IMG/VR virus record: IMGVR_UViG_3300045988_178329
Span: 1 to 62,705 of that record
Strand: one strand, 5' to 3'
From: a virus
Length of the DNA: 62,705 bases
A program made the translations under genes and the position numbers. Shown here piece after piece: positions 1-9,030 of the stretch (positions within the stretch are counted from its first letter, which is position 1; every line of letters starts with the position of its first letter). The notes below the pieces were generated by a model, which saw only the letters and a program-made list of their open reading frames with translations, did not search any database and was not told the DNA's origin.

Positions 1-51
1 TTACAAACTTACTTCTGTACCACAGCTTGATACCTCAAACGTTACAGACAT
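1..51. repeat. Terminal direct repeat identical to 62655..62705; taken as the circular-contig assembly overlap
   Basis: Exact 51-bp identity between the two window ends; the reading frame of the flanking gene is continuous across it. Confidence 0.85.
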
Positions 52-286
52 GAGTAGAATGTTCAATCTTTGTTCAACTCTTGCAGAAATTCACATGTAT
101 GGCATGAAGGTGAACTTTTACATTAGTGCGTCTACCAAGTTCACACGTGAGGCATTGGTGGAAATCCTCAACAATCTTGCAACTGTAACTTCAACTCAAA
201 CATTGACCATGGGTTCCACGAACCTGGCAAAACTCACAGATGAAGATAAGGCTATTGCAACCGGTAAGGGTTGGACACTAGCATAG
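2..286 (+). CDS. 3' part of BspA-like leucine-rich-repeat (DUF285/LRR_5-type) protein; the gene starts at 62470 and crosses the circular junction
   Basis: In-frame continuation of the ORF starting at ATG 62470. Contains the repeated DTSNVTDMSxMF..C..LTS motif typical of BspA-like LRR surface proteins. TAG stop at 284-286. Confidence 0.7.
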   Translation, partial: YKLTSVPQLDTSNVTDMSRMFNLCSTLAEIHMYGMKVNFYISASTKFTREALVEILNNLATVTSTQTLTMGSTNLAKLTDEDKAIATGKGWTLA

Positions 287-299
287 AAAGGAAATAATT

Positions 300-515
300 A
301 TGGAAGAAACAAAAACCACAACAAGAATCGAGGTAAGGAAACTTGAACCTTCGAAAGGAAAACACCTAAGAAACAGAAAGACACTCGATTGCTTCGAGGG
401 GGCTATCTACTTAGGTGTCTATGATTCAGCCGACAACTATGAGGAGATTACAGACTCCGAATACAAGTCCTATTTGAAGAAACTGGAGGAAAAAGCAAAT
501 GCCGACAGACACTAA
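300..515 (+). CDS. hypothetical protein (71 aa)
   Basis: ORF preceded by AAAGGAA ribosome-binding site; lies in the late operon. Confidence 0.4.
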   Translation: MEETKTTTRIEVRKLEPSKGKHLRNRKTLDCFEGAIYLGVYDSADNYEEITDSEYKSYLKKLEEKANADRH

Positions 516-1248
516 GTTAAAAGAACTCATAATCAATGAGTTGACCGAGGAACAATACAAGGCTCTAACGCCAAATGACGATGAATTGTACCTCACCCCA
601 GACGGAAGCATCACCAAGAACGAAAACGGAAGCTATGTTTTCAACGAAGGGTTGGAAGTAAAGTCTAATGGAGATGTTACTGTAGGAAAGAACCTAGAAG
701 TCGATGGGACTGCAAAGTTGAATGGTGGTTTAGAATTTATACATAGGTATGAATTAGGTAGTAACAATTACCTTAATGTTGTATTTGAAAAGACTATAGG
801 GTACTCAATCTTCGTGGGATTTGGGTATTTAGAGCACATCGGAAACTTATATGCTTGTATGTTCAGATATTTGAAATCTGGAACAGCAATAAATAGAATT
901 TGGGCGATAAACAACGATTCAATTTATACGTATGAAGATAATAAATTAACCTTTAATTTAATAGCAAAAGAAGTAAATTGCCAAAGCAAACTTTTCCGAC
1001 ACACCCTAACCCTAACCGCTTCGGACAAGTCCTACATATTAGTTTATGATAGCACTAGCAACCTCAACTGCGACAGCGTTGCCGACCTAAGAACCATAAT
1101 GAAGATTTCCTCCTCCCACGAGAGTGAGGTACTCCCATTATGTCCGAGTGATATGACATCCCCTGCAAGCCTTAAGGTAACGGCATCGGTTTGCCAAATC
1201 GGTACTAATAACGTAACGGCAGTAGCCGACGTTGTAGACTTGAAGTAA
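499..1248 (+). CDS. putative tail fibre or receptor-binding protein
   Basis: 249-aa ORF at the end of the late or tail-fibre operon. N-terminal region resembles tail-fibre N-termini (LKELIINELTEEQYKAL; NLEVDGTAKLNGGLE). Confidence 0.4.
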   Translation: MPTDTKLKELIINELTEEQYKALTPNDDELYLTPDGSITKNENGSYVFNEGLEVKSNGDVTVGKNLEVDGTAKLNGGLEFIHRYELGSNNYLNVVFEKTIGYSIFVGFGYLEHIGNLYACMFRYLKSGTAINRIWAINNDSIYTYEDNKLTFNLIAKEVNCQSKLFRHTLTLTASDKSYILVYDSTSNLNCDSVADLRTIMKISSSHESEVLPLCPSDMTSPASLKVTASVCQIGTNNVTAVADVVDLK

Positions 1249-1259
1249 AGGAGAAACAC

Positions 1260-1469
1260 ATGAAATACATCAAGACAATGCAATTACCCCTAAATGGGGA
1301 AACCATAGAACTAAAGGGCAAGTCCATCTATGATGGACAAACCAAGAGGTTCACCTGTGTATGCGAAGATGAGACAACCAAGATTGTTCCCATTACCTTT
1401 AGTGGCAAAGTGGCAACCCTTGGGAAAGTCGACGGCAAGGGTGAGATAGAAATCTTTTTCGAGTGTTGA
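1260..1469 (+). CDS. hypothetical protein (69 aa), last gene of the late operon
   Basis: ORF with AAAGGAG ribosome-binding site. Confidence 0.45.
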   Translation: MKYIKTMQLPLNGETIELKGKSIYDGQTKRFTCVCEDETTKIVPITFSGKVATLGKVDGKGEIEIFFEC

Positions 1470-1609
1470 AATCTCTATCATAAGAACTATAATCTAAGAG
1501 AACGATGAACCCATTGTTGAGCCTGATTTGCAATGGTGGAGTTCCTAGAAGGGCTATTGGACATAATTACCGCGTTCAGGAAGCCGAAAGGCCAGAAGAT
1601 GTCCATGGA

Positions 1610-1640
1610 CTGCCACCTGCTCCTTGGTGGCAGTTTTTCT
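1610..1640 (+). terminator. rho-independent terminator closing the late operon
   Basis: Stem CTGCCACC / GGTGGCAG with 8-nt loop, followed by TTTTTC. Confidence 0.7.
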
Positions 1641-1642
1641 TT

Positions 1643-1712
1643 ACCTTAAATCAACCTAAAAATATAAAAAAGTATTTCCATTTTCTATTTACTTGCCTTA
1701 ATATGTTGGTAC
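1643..1712 (+). promoter_or_regulatory. Conserved promoter region: A-tract motif AACCTTAAATCAACCTAAAAAT followed by a TTTTCTATTTACTT box
   Basis: Near-identical element at 17967-18045. Related copies at 22846 (+) and on the minus strand at 37706, 41383, 42056 and 42438. Sits directly upstream of the first early gene. Confidence 0.55.
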
Positions 1713-1729
1713 GAACAAAGGAGAAAAAA

Positions 1730-1936
1730 ATGGGAAAAAGAAAATTCTATTATAATGAAAAGGCCTATGAAAATGGATTAGACCTAAGTATTTCTGTCCA
1801 GTTCATCTATGGTGGGGACTGCATTATGAATATACTATCCTGCACCGTAAGCGACGGAACAAAGGCAACCGACTATGGAATGGTTGCAGGGGAGACAACC
1901 CTCGAAGAAGTAGTAAGGGAGTTCCTAGGGCAATGA
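1730..1936 (+). CDS. hypothetical protein (68 aa)
   Basis: ATG 1730 follows AAAGGAG. The upstream part of track ORF 1505..1936 runs through the terminator and promoter and is rejected. Confidence 0.45.
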   Translation: MGKRKFYYNEKAYENGLDLSISVQFIYGGDCIMNILSCTVSDGTKATDYGMVAGETTLEEVVREFLGQ

Positions 1937-2154
1937 AAAAAAGAACCATAGAGGAAGTCCACGATAGGGATATAGGACATAGGAAGTTTGCCAGGTTCAT
2001 CGACAAGGCAATTGCCGAGGGATACGAAATAACGAACATAAGGGAAACGAATGTAATGTTCAAGTTCGACATGGACGGATACCAAATGGACTTCGACAAG
2101 ATGAATTTCAAAACCCAAAAGAAGCTTGATGAGATGTGGGGGAAGAGAAAATGA
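1933..2154 (+). CDS. hypothetical protein (73 aa)
   Basis: ORF; ATGA start-stop overlap with the next gene. Confidence 0.45.
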   Translation: MKKRTIEEVHDRDIGHRKFARFIDKAIAEGYEITNIRETNVMFKFDMDGYQMDFDKMNFKTQKKLDEMWGKRK

Positions 2155-2456
2155 CTTATGCCAAAACAAAAGATGGAAGAATTGTAAAAACGAGCAAAAG
2201 ACTTGCCTATTATGATGACAATGTTATAAAAGTTGATGACAATATAGAGTATTTGTTCGATGGGTTTGTATGCGAAAGCAATGAGGAAGGCAATGATTTT
2301 TGTGAGATTTATAAAACCAAATCCCTAATGTTAAGAGATGTTTTCTGGACCGAGGGTAGGGAACATTACAATTTCTATGCTGGAATAATAGTTAAGGGTA
2401 AAGGATTACTGTATGTAGCACGTTTATATGAAGATGGGAGATTTAGATTGTTATGA
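2151..2456 (+). CDS. paralog family A member 1 (KTKDGRIV ... LYVARLxxDGxxxLL)
   Basis: N- and C-terminal motifs shared with 2536..3006 and 3003..3460. Confidence 0.55.
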   Translation: MTYAKTKDGRIVKTSKRLAYYDDNVIKVDDNIEYLFDGFVCESNEEGNDFCEIYKTKSLMLRDVFWTEGREHYNFYAGIIVKGKGLLYVARLYEDGRFRLL

Positions 2457-2535
2457 AAGAAAGAGAAAGAATAACAAAGAGAGATGACATTTATTTAGAT
2501 GAATTTCAAGAAAAGAAGGGAAAATAGGAATTATT

Positions 2536-3006
2536 ATGAGATACATTAGAACAAAAAATGGAGTAATTATTGATTTAGAAAAGTTTATCAATAACGAAAA
2601 AGATACACCTTACTATACAGATTTCATTTTTGATGAAATAACAAAAGATGGGAATTTGAAGTGGACTGCTGTTGGAACTGATAAAAATACAATGGAAAAT
2701 CAAAGAGGCAGAAGATGTCAATTTGGTGCTACTCTTAATAGTGAAATCATCAGCCAAGCCGACACTATAGAGGAACTATGTGATGAGTTTGACTGGAAAT
2801 GGAATGAAAAAGAGTTTCCATATAGCAAAGTAAGACAACATAGTAGATATGGTGGTTATGGCGACTTGGAAAGAGCAATGAAAGAAGAAGAGAATTATGG
2901 AAAACATCTTAACTATGATTATGAAATCTATGGTGCTATCTGGACTGATAAAGGCTTAACCTATGTGGCAAAACTTAATTCAAAAGGAGAATTGGAACTA
3001 TTATGA
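2536..3006 (+). CDS. paralog family A member 2 (156 aa)
   Basis: MRYIRTKNGVII ... LTYVAKLNSKGELELL; paralogous to its neighbours. Confidence 0.6.
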   Translation: MRYIRTKNGVIIDLEKFINNEKDTPYYTDFIFDEITKDGNLKWTAVGTDKNTMENQRGRRCQFGATLNSEIISQADTIEELCDEFDWKWNEKEFPYSKVRQHSRYGGYGDLERAMKEEENYGKHLNYDYEIYGAIWTDKGLTYVAKLNSKGELELL

Positions 3007-3460
3007 AATATGTTAGAACAAAAGACGGAAGAATTGTTGATGTAGAAAAGTTTATCAGCAAAGAGAAAGATACACCTTATTATAAAGATTTTGAATTTGA
3101 AGAAATCTCAAAAGATGGTGTATTAAAATGGACGGCTATTGGAACAGAAAAAACTCAATGGAAGAACAAAGGGGAATAAGATGTCATTTTTCTGCTGAAT
3201 TAAATAGCGAAGTCATCAAACAAGCCAACACTATTGAAGAATTGATATGCGATGATGATATTCTTTACCTTTATGACCTATATCCAGATGCAGTATTAGT
3301 TGTTGAGGGAAAAATCAAACCATTTGGTTATGACACGGCAATTGAATTGAAAGAATGGTTAGGTTATGAACTTGAGTATGATTTATTTACAAAAGACAGT
3401 GAAGGAAATTATATCAAAAGAACGAAGAGAAACGAGAAGTGGGAAATGGAATTGCTATGA
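3003..3460 (+). pseudogene. paralog family A member 3, split by a -1 frame change in an A6 run (3148-3153)
   Basis: 3003..3179 encodes MKYVRTKDGRIVDVEKFISKEKDTPYY...KWTAIGTEK. ORF 3128..3460 in the -1 frame continues the paralog alignment (NSMEEQRGIRCHF...EMELL). One extra A would restore a single ORF. Confidence 0.6.
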
Positions 3461-4155
3461 GATTAACAAATAAAGAAACAAAAATTAAGTTAAGTGATAC
3501 AAAAAGATATGACTTACAAGACCATAAAATGTTTACTAAATTAAGTGAATTAGAAGATATTGAGGACAAATTAGGCTTCGGTCTCGTTGCGTTGTTTGAT
3601 GGGTTGAATAGAAGCAATAGTTCAATCTGCATCATACATAATGGCGGTATCATCAATGTCCCAGTTGGTTTTGGGAATATCAACTGTGGTGCCATAGGCA
3701 AAGAAAAGATAAAGTATTTCTTCGATTTAGACGAAGGTCAATACTTCCTCGAAGATTATGGCAAGACATGGGCGTTCACAAAAAAGGAACTGGTAAAAGA
3801 AGAACAAGACTATGCTAATGTTCTAGGAAAAAAATTGACAGATAGCAACATCTATGGATTCTACGATTTACTTGATGCAGTCAACGCATGCTACGGCAGC
3901 TCATTAGACATAAGGGGTGAGAAAGCAAGGGTATCTGCTTTTTTAGAGAAATTGAAGAATGGCGTCTACTATACAGATATTAAGAAAGCCGTCTACGGTA
4001 AATATATTAACATTAATAAAAGTATAAAGTTTGCAAGAAATCCAGAATTGAAGTTATCTTATGGAATTCTAAAGATAGATGAATTCGATTCCAAATTATT
4101 AATTGATTATGGCAAGACTTGGGCGTTAACGAAAGAGGAGTTATTGAATGATTAG
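3457..4155 (+). CDS. paralog family B protein (MRLTxK...LEDIE..., two DYGKTWA(F/L)TK(K/E)EL motifs)
   Basis: Shares its N-terminal region and the C-terminal YGKTWALTxEEL motif with 24307..24927. ATGA overlap with the upstream gene. Confidence 0.55.
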   Translation: MRLTNKETKIKLSDTKRYDLQDHKMFTKLSELEDIEDKLGFGLVALFDGLNRSNSSICIIHNGGIINVPVGFGNINCGAIGKEKIKYFFDLDEGQYFLEDYGKTWAFTKKELVKEEQDYANVLGKKLTDSNIYGFYDLLDAVNACYGSSLDIRGEKARVSAFLEKLKNGVYYTDIKKAVYGKYININKSIKFARNPELKLSYGILKIDEFDSKLLIDYGKTWALTKEELLND

Positions 4156-4477
4156 CGGAAATGATATGTATAAATTTTATACAACTAGAATCGAGGCATC
4201 ATTTATCATTGCTAATAAAAATGTCAATGTCCCCTTTTTGGAGAAGTGTTCTGACTTAAAACGATACAATGAATATATAAGCCTAAATGCAGCTGATTAT
4301 CAAGACAAGTTACTAACAAAAGAAGAATTTGATTTGTTGAAGGAATTCTTGGGAATTCATAGGAAAATGACCGAAGAGTATTTGGAAAAGTTGCTAAAGG
4401 CAAAATATAGAATGTTCAAAGGTTGTAGGAGTTTTCAAAGGGAATATCATTATGTGTATAAAGGAAAAGGAGAATAA
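4148..4477 (+). CDS. hypothetical protein (109 aa)
   Basis: ORF in an operon context. Confidence 0.45.
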   Translation: MISGNDMYKFYTTRIEASFIIANKNVNVPFLEKCSDLKRYNEYISLNAADYQDKLLTKEEFDLLKEFLGIHRKMTEEYLEKLLKAKYRMFKGCRSFQREYHYVYKGKGE

Positions 4478-4485
4478 CGTTTATC

Positions 4486-4827
4486 ATGAAATATACAAGG
4501 AAGTTTGAATTTTTCCCTTCTTGGGAATCGAGAAGTACGAATAGACCTAATACAAGCGATTTATATGAGATACCGCCCTTCAACTGGATTGCAAGGTTTC
4601 TTAACCAAAGTGGGTGGCAGATAGATTCGTTCAAATATATAGATGACACCTATCCACATTACCCTACCGATGAGATGAAAAGCATTGAACTATATTGTTC
4701 AAAGGAAACTGAATCATTCGTAGAGGAAAAGACCTACGCATATTGGTCATCTAGCAATAGTGAACTATCATTCTACAATTCCTATACAGGAAAGAGAGAG
4801 AAAATGGAAATAGATTTTTATAGTTGA
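4486..4827 (+). CDS. hypothetical protein (113 aa)
   Basis: ORF. Confidence 0.45.
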   Translation: MKYTRKFEFFPSWESRSTNRPNTSDLYEIPPFNWIARFLNQSGWQIDSFKYIDDTYPHYPTDEMKSIELYCSKETESFVEEKTYAYWSSSNSELSFYNSYTGKREKMEIDFYS

Positions 4828-4828
4828 T

Positions 4829-5173
4829 ATGGAACTAAGGTATGATGAACTCCCAAGGAAGATATTGCTTGGGATAATAAGGACACTGGAAGCAAAGTCT
4901 AGTGGAAGGGATTGCCTGGAATTCGCTACTTCAAGGAATAGGGAAGAAATATCCACGTATGCAAAGCTAATATCCAAGGAAAGGGATATGTCCAAAGAAG
5001 TGGAAAATCTCTATTCAAGTCTACAAAAGACAATGAAAATCGTTTATGGCGATGGATCGAGGAACGATATTTCGGAAGCCGAATGGAAGGCACTTGATAG
5101 TTCCGAGAAGGAATACGAGAAGGCAAATACCAAGCTAAAAAAACTAAGGGAAGAGATAAGGGGATACAACTGA
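4829..5173 (+). CDS. hypothetical protein (114 aa)
   Basis: ORF. Confidence 0.45.
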   Translation: MELRYDELPRKILLGIIRTLEAKSSGRDCLEFATSRNREEISTYAKLISKERDMSKEVENLYSSLQKTMKIVYGDGSRNDISEAEWKALDSSEKEYEKANTKLKKLREEIRGYN

Positions 5174-5385
5174 TGGATTACAATGCTGCAATAGATGCAA
5201 TAACAAGGGATACTTCGCTTATGGCGTATAGAAAGTCATTGGGCGACTTATCGGAAGAATCGGCAATGTTCATGTACAATGGAAAACTATCGACATTCGA
5301 GAGCCTTGCAAGGGTAAAGGACAGGAAGATAACCAAGGAAGATTTAAGGGCAACCGACTGGGAAGTGGTAAGCCTCAATGAATAG
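5173..5385 (+). CDS. hypothetical protein (70 aa)
   Basis: ORF tightly packed against its neighbours. Confidence 0.4.
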   Translation: MDYNAAIDAITRDTSLMAYRKSLGDLSEESAMFMYNGKLSTFESLARVKDRKITKEDLRATDWEVVSLNE

Positions 5386-5608
5386 GAGGATGGAAATGAA
5401 GTTCATGTTGCCAAGCGGTAGCCACGTTCCGATTATATACGGATATGAAACGGCTTACCTATACAAGACGAAAGAGGACTTGTACACCGTTGCCAAGACG
5501 CCTGGAAAGGCTCTGGCAAACATAAAGTCCAGACTTGGTTTCCTGTTGCAGGAACGCCCGTCAAGCATTGGAATAGGAATTTGCGATTTGTATCGTGTGG
5601 ATATATAA
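5378..5608 (+). CDS. hypothetical protein (76 aa)
   Basis: ORF. Confidence 0.4.
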   Translation: MNRRMEMKFMLPSGSHVPIIYGYETAYLYKTKEDLYTVAKTPGKALANIKSRLGFLLQERPSSIGIGICDLYRVDI

Positions 5609-5615
5609 TTAGCCT

Positions 5616-6032
5616 ATGGAAATAACCTTGGACTATAAACCACACTTTGCGACGCCAGAGGACTTCAAGACCTACTCCGGCATAGACCTATCGGAGGAAT
5701 TGCTGCCACCGCAGACGCCGGATTCATTCATGTTGGACGTTGAACAAAGAATAATAAACTACATTTCGCTTCAATCATGGCTTCCACTCAGGAAGATGAT
5801 CCGCGAAAACAAATTGAGCCAATACCAAGTCAATTCGTTGGCACTCGCGATATTGCAGCAAACGAAGTACGAATTCTTCAATGGCACATCATCAATGGAT
5901 AGCGGAATCGACCCGGAAAGGGGAAAGGTGAGTTCCAGGGACGACCTCAATAGGGCAGCCATTTGCCAAGACGCAATAGATACTCTCCAATGCTCTGGAT
6001 TGATAAGCAGGGTAATGAGGGGATATTACTAA
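5616..6032 (+). CDS. hypothetical protein (138 aa)
   Basis: ORF followed by a terminator. Confidence 0.45.
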   Translation: MEITLDYKPHFATPEDFKTYSGIDLSEELLPPQTPDSFMLDVEQRIINYISLQSWLPLRKMIRENKLSQYQVNSLALAILQQTKYEFFNGTSSMDSGIDPERGKVSSRDDLNRAAICQDAIDTLQCSGLISRVMRGYY

Positions 6033-6038
6033 GAAAAA

Positions 6039-6062
6039 GACCTCGGAAAGACCGGGGTTTTA
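6039..6062 (+). terminator. rho-independent terminator
   Basis: CCTCGG-aaaga-CCGGGG stem-loop followed by TTTT. Confidence 0.55.
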
Positions 6063-6099
6063 ATTTTTTAATAAATTTCATAAATTTTTCAAAAAACTA

Positions 6100-6128
6100 T
6101 TGAACTTGTTTAAACTTTGTTTTATTAT
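6100..6128 (+). promoter_or_regulatory. sigma70-like promoter TTGAAC-N17-TATTAT
   Basis: Canonical spacing; an AT-rich UP-like tract lies upstream; drives the HTH gene. Confidence 0.5.
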
Positions 6129-6151
6129 TGTTTCGTGAAAGGAGAAACCAA

Positions 6152-6433
6152 ATGACAAAATTGAAGAAGGCAAGGCTCTTGAAGGGATACACCATAGAAA
6201 AGGTTGCTACCGACCTAGGCATCACCAAGCAACGCTACTACCAAATAGAGATACGTGGTTTGGAAAGGTGTTCCGAAAGGAATACAAACAACCTATGCGA
6301 ATACTTTGGCGTAGGCAACAAGTTCGACCTAATCGGCATTGACATAATGAAGGTTGTGCCAAAGACCAAGGAAGAATGGGAATCGTTCGAGAGGACAATA
6401 AAGGAAACAAAGAAGAAACAGGGAATTGAATAA
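6152..6433 (+). CDS. HTH XRE-family transcriptional regulator
   Basis: MTKLKKARLLKGYTIEKVATDLGITKQRYYQIE is a helix-turn-helix motif; AAAGGAG ribosome-binding site. Confidence 0.7.
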   Translation: MTKLKKARLLKGYTIEKVATDLGITKQRYYQIEIRGLERCSERNTNNLCEYFGVGNKFDLIGIDIMKVVPKTKEEWESFERTIKETKKKQGIE

Positions 6434-6801
6434 TGGGAGTATTGAAGAATATACTTAACAGCGTAAACGGAATGTGGGTTGAATTGAGGGAGTTGAAAAA
6501 GCTCCAGGATCCAACCAACAAGGTCAAGGCAGAGGCGTTTGACAAGCTCAACGAGACATTGGCAAAAGCCCAAGGCGGTATAAAGGTAAGGAACATATCC
6601 GCCAAGATTGACGAAAAAGGGAACGATTATGTCGAGGTAAGGTATCAACCCATCATCGAAAGAATTTATGTCGATAGCAATGGGGAAACCAACTCGACAC
6701 CATTGTTCAAGGCTCTCAACCATTCCGATTTGGTATCGTTCAAGGACCAGATGAAGATAAGGGACGCAATCGATAAGCAAATCAGGAATATCAAGGATTA
6801 G
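6433..6801 (+). CDS. hypothetical protein (122 aa)
   Basis: ORF between two HTH regulator genes. Confidence 0.45.
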   Translation: MGVLKNILNSVNGMWVELRELKKLQDPTNKVKAEAFDKLNETLAKAQGGIKVRNISAKIDEKGNDYVEVRYQPIIERIYVDSNGETNSTPLFKALNHSDLVSFKDQMKIRDAIDKQIRNIKD

Positions 6802-6812
6802 GAGGTAAGGAA

Positions 6813-7049
6813 ATGGGAAAGGAAAGAGAATCAAGGGGAACGGAATGGAGCGGACTTATTGTAAGCTACATGCAAAAGAGGCAAATGACAGTTGCCGATT
6901 TGTCAAAGGCTTCGGGAATTTCCAAGGCTTCAATCTATGAATTGCTCAACGGAAACACAAGAACTTTGAATTCAGCTACATTGATAGCCTATATCAAGGC
7001 GCTTGAAATACCAACCGAGGAAATATCAGAATTCCTTGACAATATGTAA
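6813..7049 (+). CDS. HTH XRE-family transcriptional regulator
   Basis: MTVADLSKASGISKASIYELLNG HTH motif. Confidence 0.65.
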   Translation: MGKERESRGTEWSGLIVSYMQKRQMTVADLSKASGISKASIYELLNGNTRTLNSATLIAYIKALEIPTEEISEFLDNM

Positions 7050-7066
7050 AAAGGAAAGGGGGTAAA

Positions 7067-7840
7067 ATGGACAATAAGGATTATTTCAGTAAGGAAAACG
7101 AAAAGAAGTACATGTCATATTCGCAGTTCAAGGATTTCCTTGAATGTGAGGAAATGGCACTGGCAAAGGCAGAGGGTAGGTTCTCCGAACCTCCTTCCAA
7201 GGCAATGTTGCAAGGATCGTATATAGATGCCCATTTCTCGAATGAAATGGAAGAGTTCACGAAAGAGCATGGCGATTTGTTCAAGAAGGACGGAACGCTA
7301 AAGTCGGATTACGAGATATGCAACAAGGTCATCGAGGCAATAGAGGGAGACAATGAACTCCTTGACCAATTCTATTCAGGTGAAAGCCAAAGGATAGTCA
7401 AGGGAACTATCTCTGGAGTTCCGTTCAAAGGAAAGATAGACATGCTATATCCGACCAAGATAGTCGATATGAAGGCAATGGCTAGTCTAGAACCTGTATG
7501 GGACGAAAAAGAGTATAGGAAGAAACCCTTCTATAGTTTGTATAGGTATGACTTACAGGCTGCCATATACCAGGAATTGGTAAGGCAGGAAACGGGAATA
7601 AAGCTTCCCTATTACCTAGCGGTTGCAACAAAGGAAAGAGTACCGCAAAAGAAGGTTTACCTCTTCTCACAGGAAGTATTGGACAATGCCTTGAATCAGG
7701 TAAGGGAATTGGCACCTAGGTTCCAGAAGATAAAGAACCACGAACTAAAGCCCAATTGCTGTGGAAAGTGTGAATGGTGCCTGCAAAACAAGAAGTTTGA
7801 TATATTCGACATCGAAAAGATAACAATGGAGGAAATGTAA
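7067..7840 (+). CDS. PD-(D/E)XK nuclease, Cas4/RecB-like recombination exonuclease
   Basis: Motifs GKIDMLY...IVDMK and QAAIYQEL, with a C-terminal Cys cluster CCGKCEWC. Confidence 0.6.
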   Translation: MDNKDYFSKENEKKYMSYSQFKDFLECEEMALAKAEGRFSEPPSKAMLQGSYIDAHFSNEMEEFTKEHGDLFKKDGTLKSDYEICNKVIEAIEGDNELLDQFYSGESQRIVKGTISGVPFKGKIDMLYPTKIVDMKAMASLEPVWDEKEYRKKPFYSLYRYDLQAAIYQELVRQETGIKLPYYLAVATKERVPQKKVYLFSQEVLDNALNQVRELAPRFQKIKNHELKPNCCGKCEWCLQNKKFDIFDIEKITMEEM

Positions 7841-7841
7841 A

Positions 7842-8528
7842 ATGGCAGATGAAAAGACAAGTTTCGAACAAGTGCAGTCCAAGTTGATAGGGACTGTATT
7901 GGACAAAAGCAAAATCGAGGTCAAGGACGATGGAAGGGGCAACAAGCTTTCCTATCTATCATGGGCTTGGGCTTGGGCAGAGGTTTTGAAGGTATGCCCG
8001 GATGCGTCCTATGAAATCGAGAGGTTTGGTGAGGAAAGGCTTCCATACCAAAGGGCACCAGAAGGTTTCATGGTGTGGACAAGGGTTACGATGAAGGGCA
8101 TAACCAGGGAAATGTGGCTTCCTGTAATGGATAGCCATAACCTTACAATGCTATCCGAACCATGGAAGAAGGCAACCAAGAGGGGTGAGATACCCGTTGA
8201 AAGGGCAACGATGACTGACATAAACAAGACGATCATGCGTTGTTTGGTAAAGAACATTGCAATGTTCGGTTTAGGCTTGAACATCTATGCCGGTGAGGAT
8301 ACCCCAAGGCAATTGGTTGCTGAATCGGATGTAATGGAAGCACCAAAACCCATATTCTGTAAGGAATGTGGAAAGGAGATAGCCCCATACAAGAACATGA
8401 GTGCACAGGACTTTGCCACCAATACCTTGGCTTCCTATGGCAAGGAACTATGCCTAGGCTGTGCCAACAAGGCAAAAGAAGAGAGAAAGAGAAAAGCCGA
8501 GGAAGAAAACAAGGATAAAAAGGAGTAA
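7842..8528 (+). CDS. putative single-strand annealing protein (Rad52/Sak-like) with C-terminal zinc ribbon
   Basis: Sits between the exonuclease and SSB. Contains YLSWAWAWAEV and CKECGK...CLGCANKAKEERKRK. Confidence 0.35.
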   Translation: MADEKTSFEQVQSKLIGTVLDKSKIEVKDDGRGNKLSYLSWAWAWAEVLKVCPDASYEIERFGEERLPYQRAPEGFMVWTRVTMKGITREMWLPVMDSHNLTMLSEPWKKATKRGEIPVERATMTDINKTIMRCLVKNIAMFGLGLNIYAGEDTPRQLVAESDVMEAPKPIFCKECGKEIAPYKNMSAQDFATNTLASYGKELCLGCANKAKEERKRKAEEENKDKKE

Positions 8529-8537
8529 TCAAATATT

Positions 8538-8972
8538 ATGCTAAACATTATTACAATCGTAGGTCGCTTGACACGCGACCCGGAACTTAGGAAAACCAAG
8601 TCCGAAACAAGTGTCGCAAGTTTCACAGTTGCATGTGATGATTCAAGGAAGGCACCAGACGGAAGCAAACAAACCGTATTCCTTCCGGTAAGCGTATTCG
8701 GTAGCCAAGCCGACATAATAATGAAGTTCACCAAGAAAGGCTACTTGATTGGCATAAGCGGTAGGCTCACGCAACGCAAGTACCAAAACAAGCAAGGTGT
8801 TGAAATCACTTCTACCGAAGTCATTGCCAATACCATTGAACTAATGGAACCAAAGGCCAAGGAAGAAGCCGAGGGCGAAGCTCCAAAGGTAACCGCACCA
8901 GAAGAAAAGACCGAAAGTGCCGTTAAGCCAGCAGGCGATGACGGAATGCTAGATGACGATTTGCCGTTCTAG
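8538..8972 (+). CDS. ssb: single-stranded DNA-binding protein
   Basis: OB-fold N-terminus (ITIVGRLTRDPELR) and the bacterial-type acidic tail DDDLPF. Confidence 0.85.
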   Translation: MLNIITIVGRLTRDPELRKTKSETSVASFTVACDDSRKAPDGSKQTVFLPVSVFGSQADIIMKFTKKGYLIGISGRLTQRKYQNKQGVEITSTEVIANTIELMEPKAKEEAEGEAPKVTAPEEKTESAVKPAGDDGMLDDDLPF

Positions 8973-8997
8973 TCCATAGGACAACAAAAACCTACTT

Positions 8998-9024
8998 GCC
9001 CTTTCCAGGTTAGCGAAAGGGCTT
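8998..9024 (+). terminator. rho-independent terminator after ssb
   Basis: GCCCTTTC-caggttagc-GAAAGGGC followed by TTT. Confidence 0.6.
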
Positions 9025-9030
9025 TAAATA

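Noticed and set aside
1505-1729. Upstream extension of track ORF 1505..1936
   Set aside because: It reads through the late-operon terminator (1610-1640) and the conserved promoter element. The real start is ATG 1730 after AAAGGAG.
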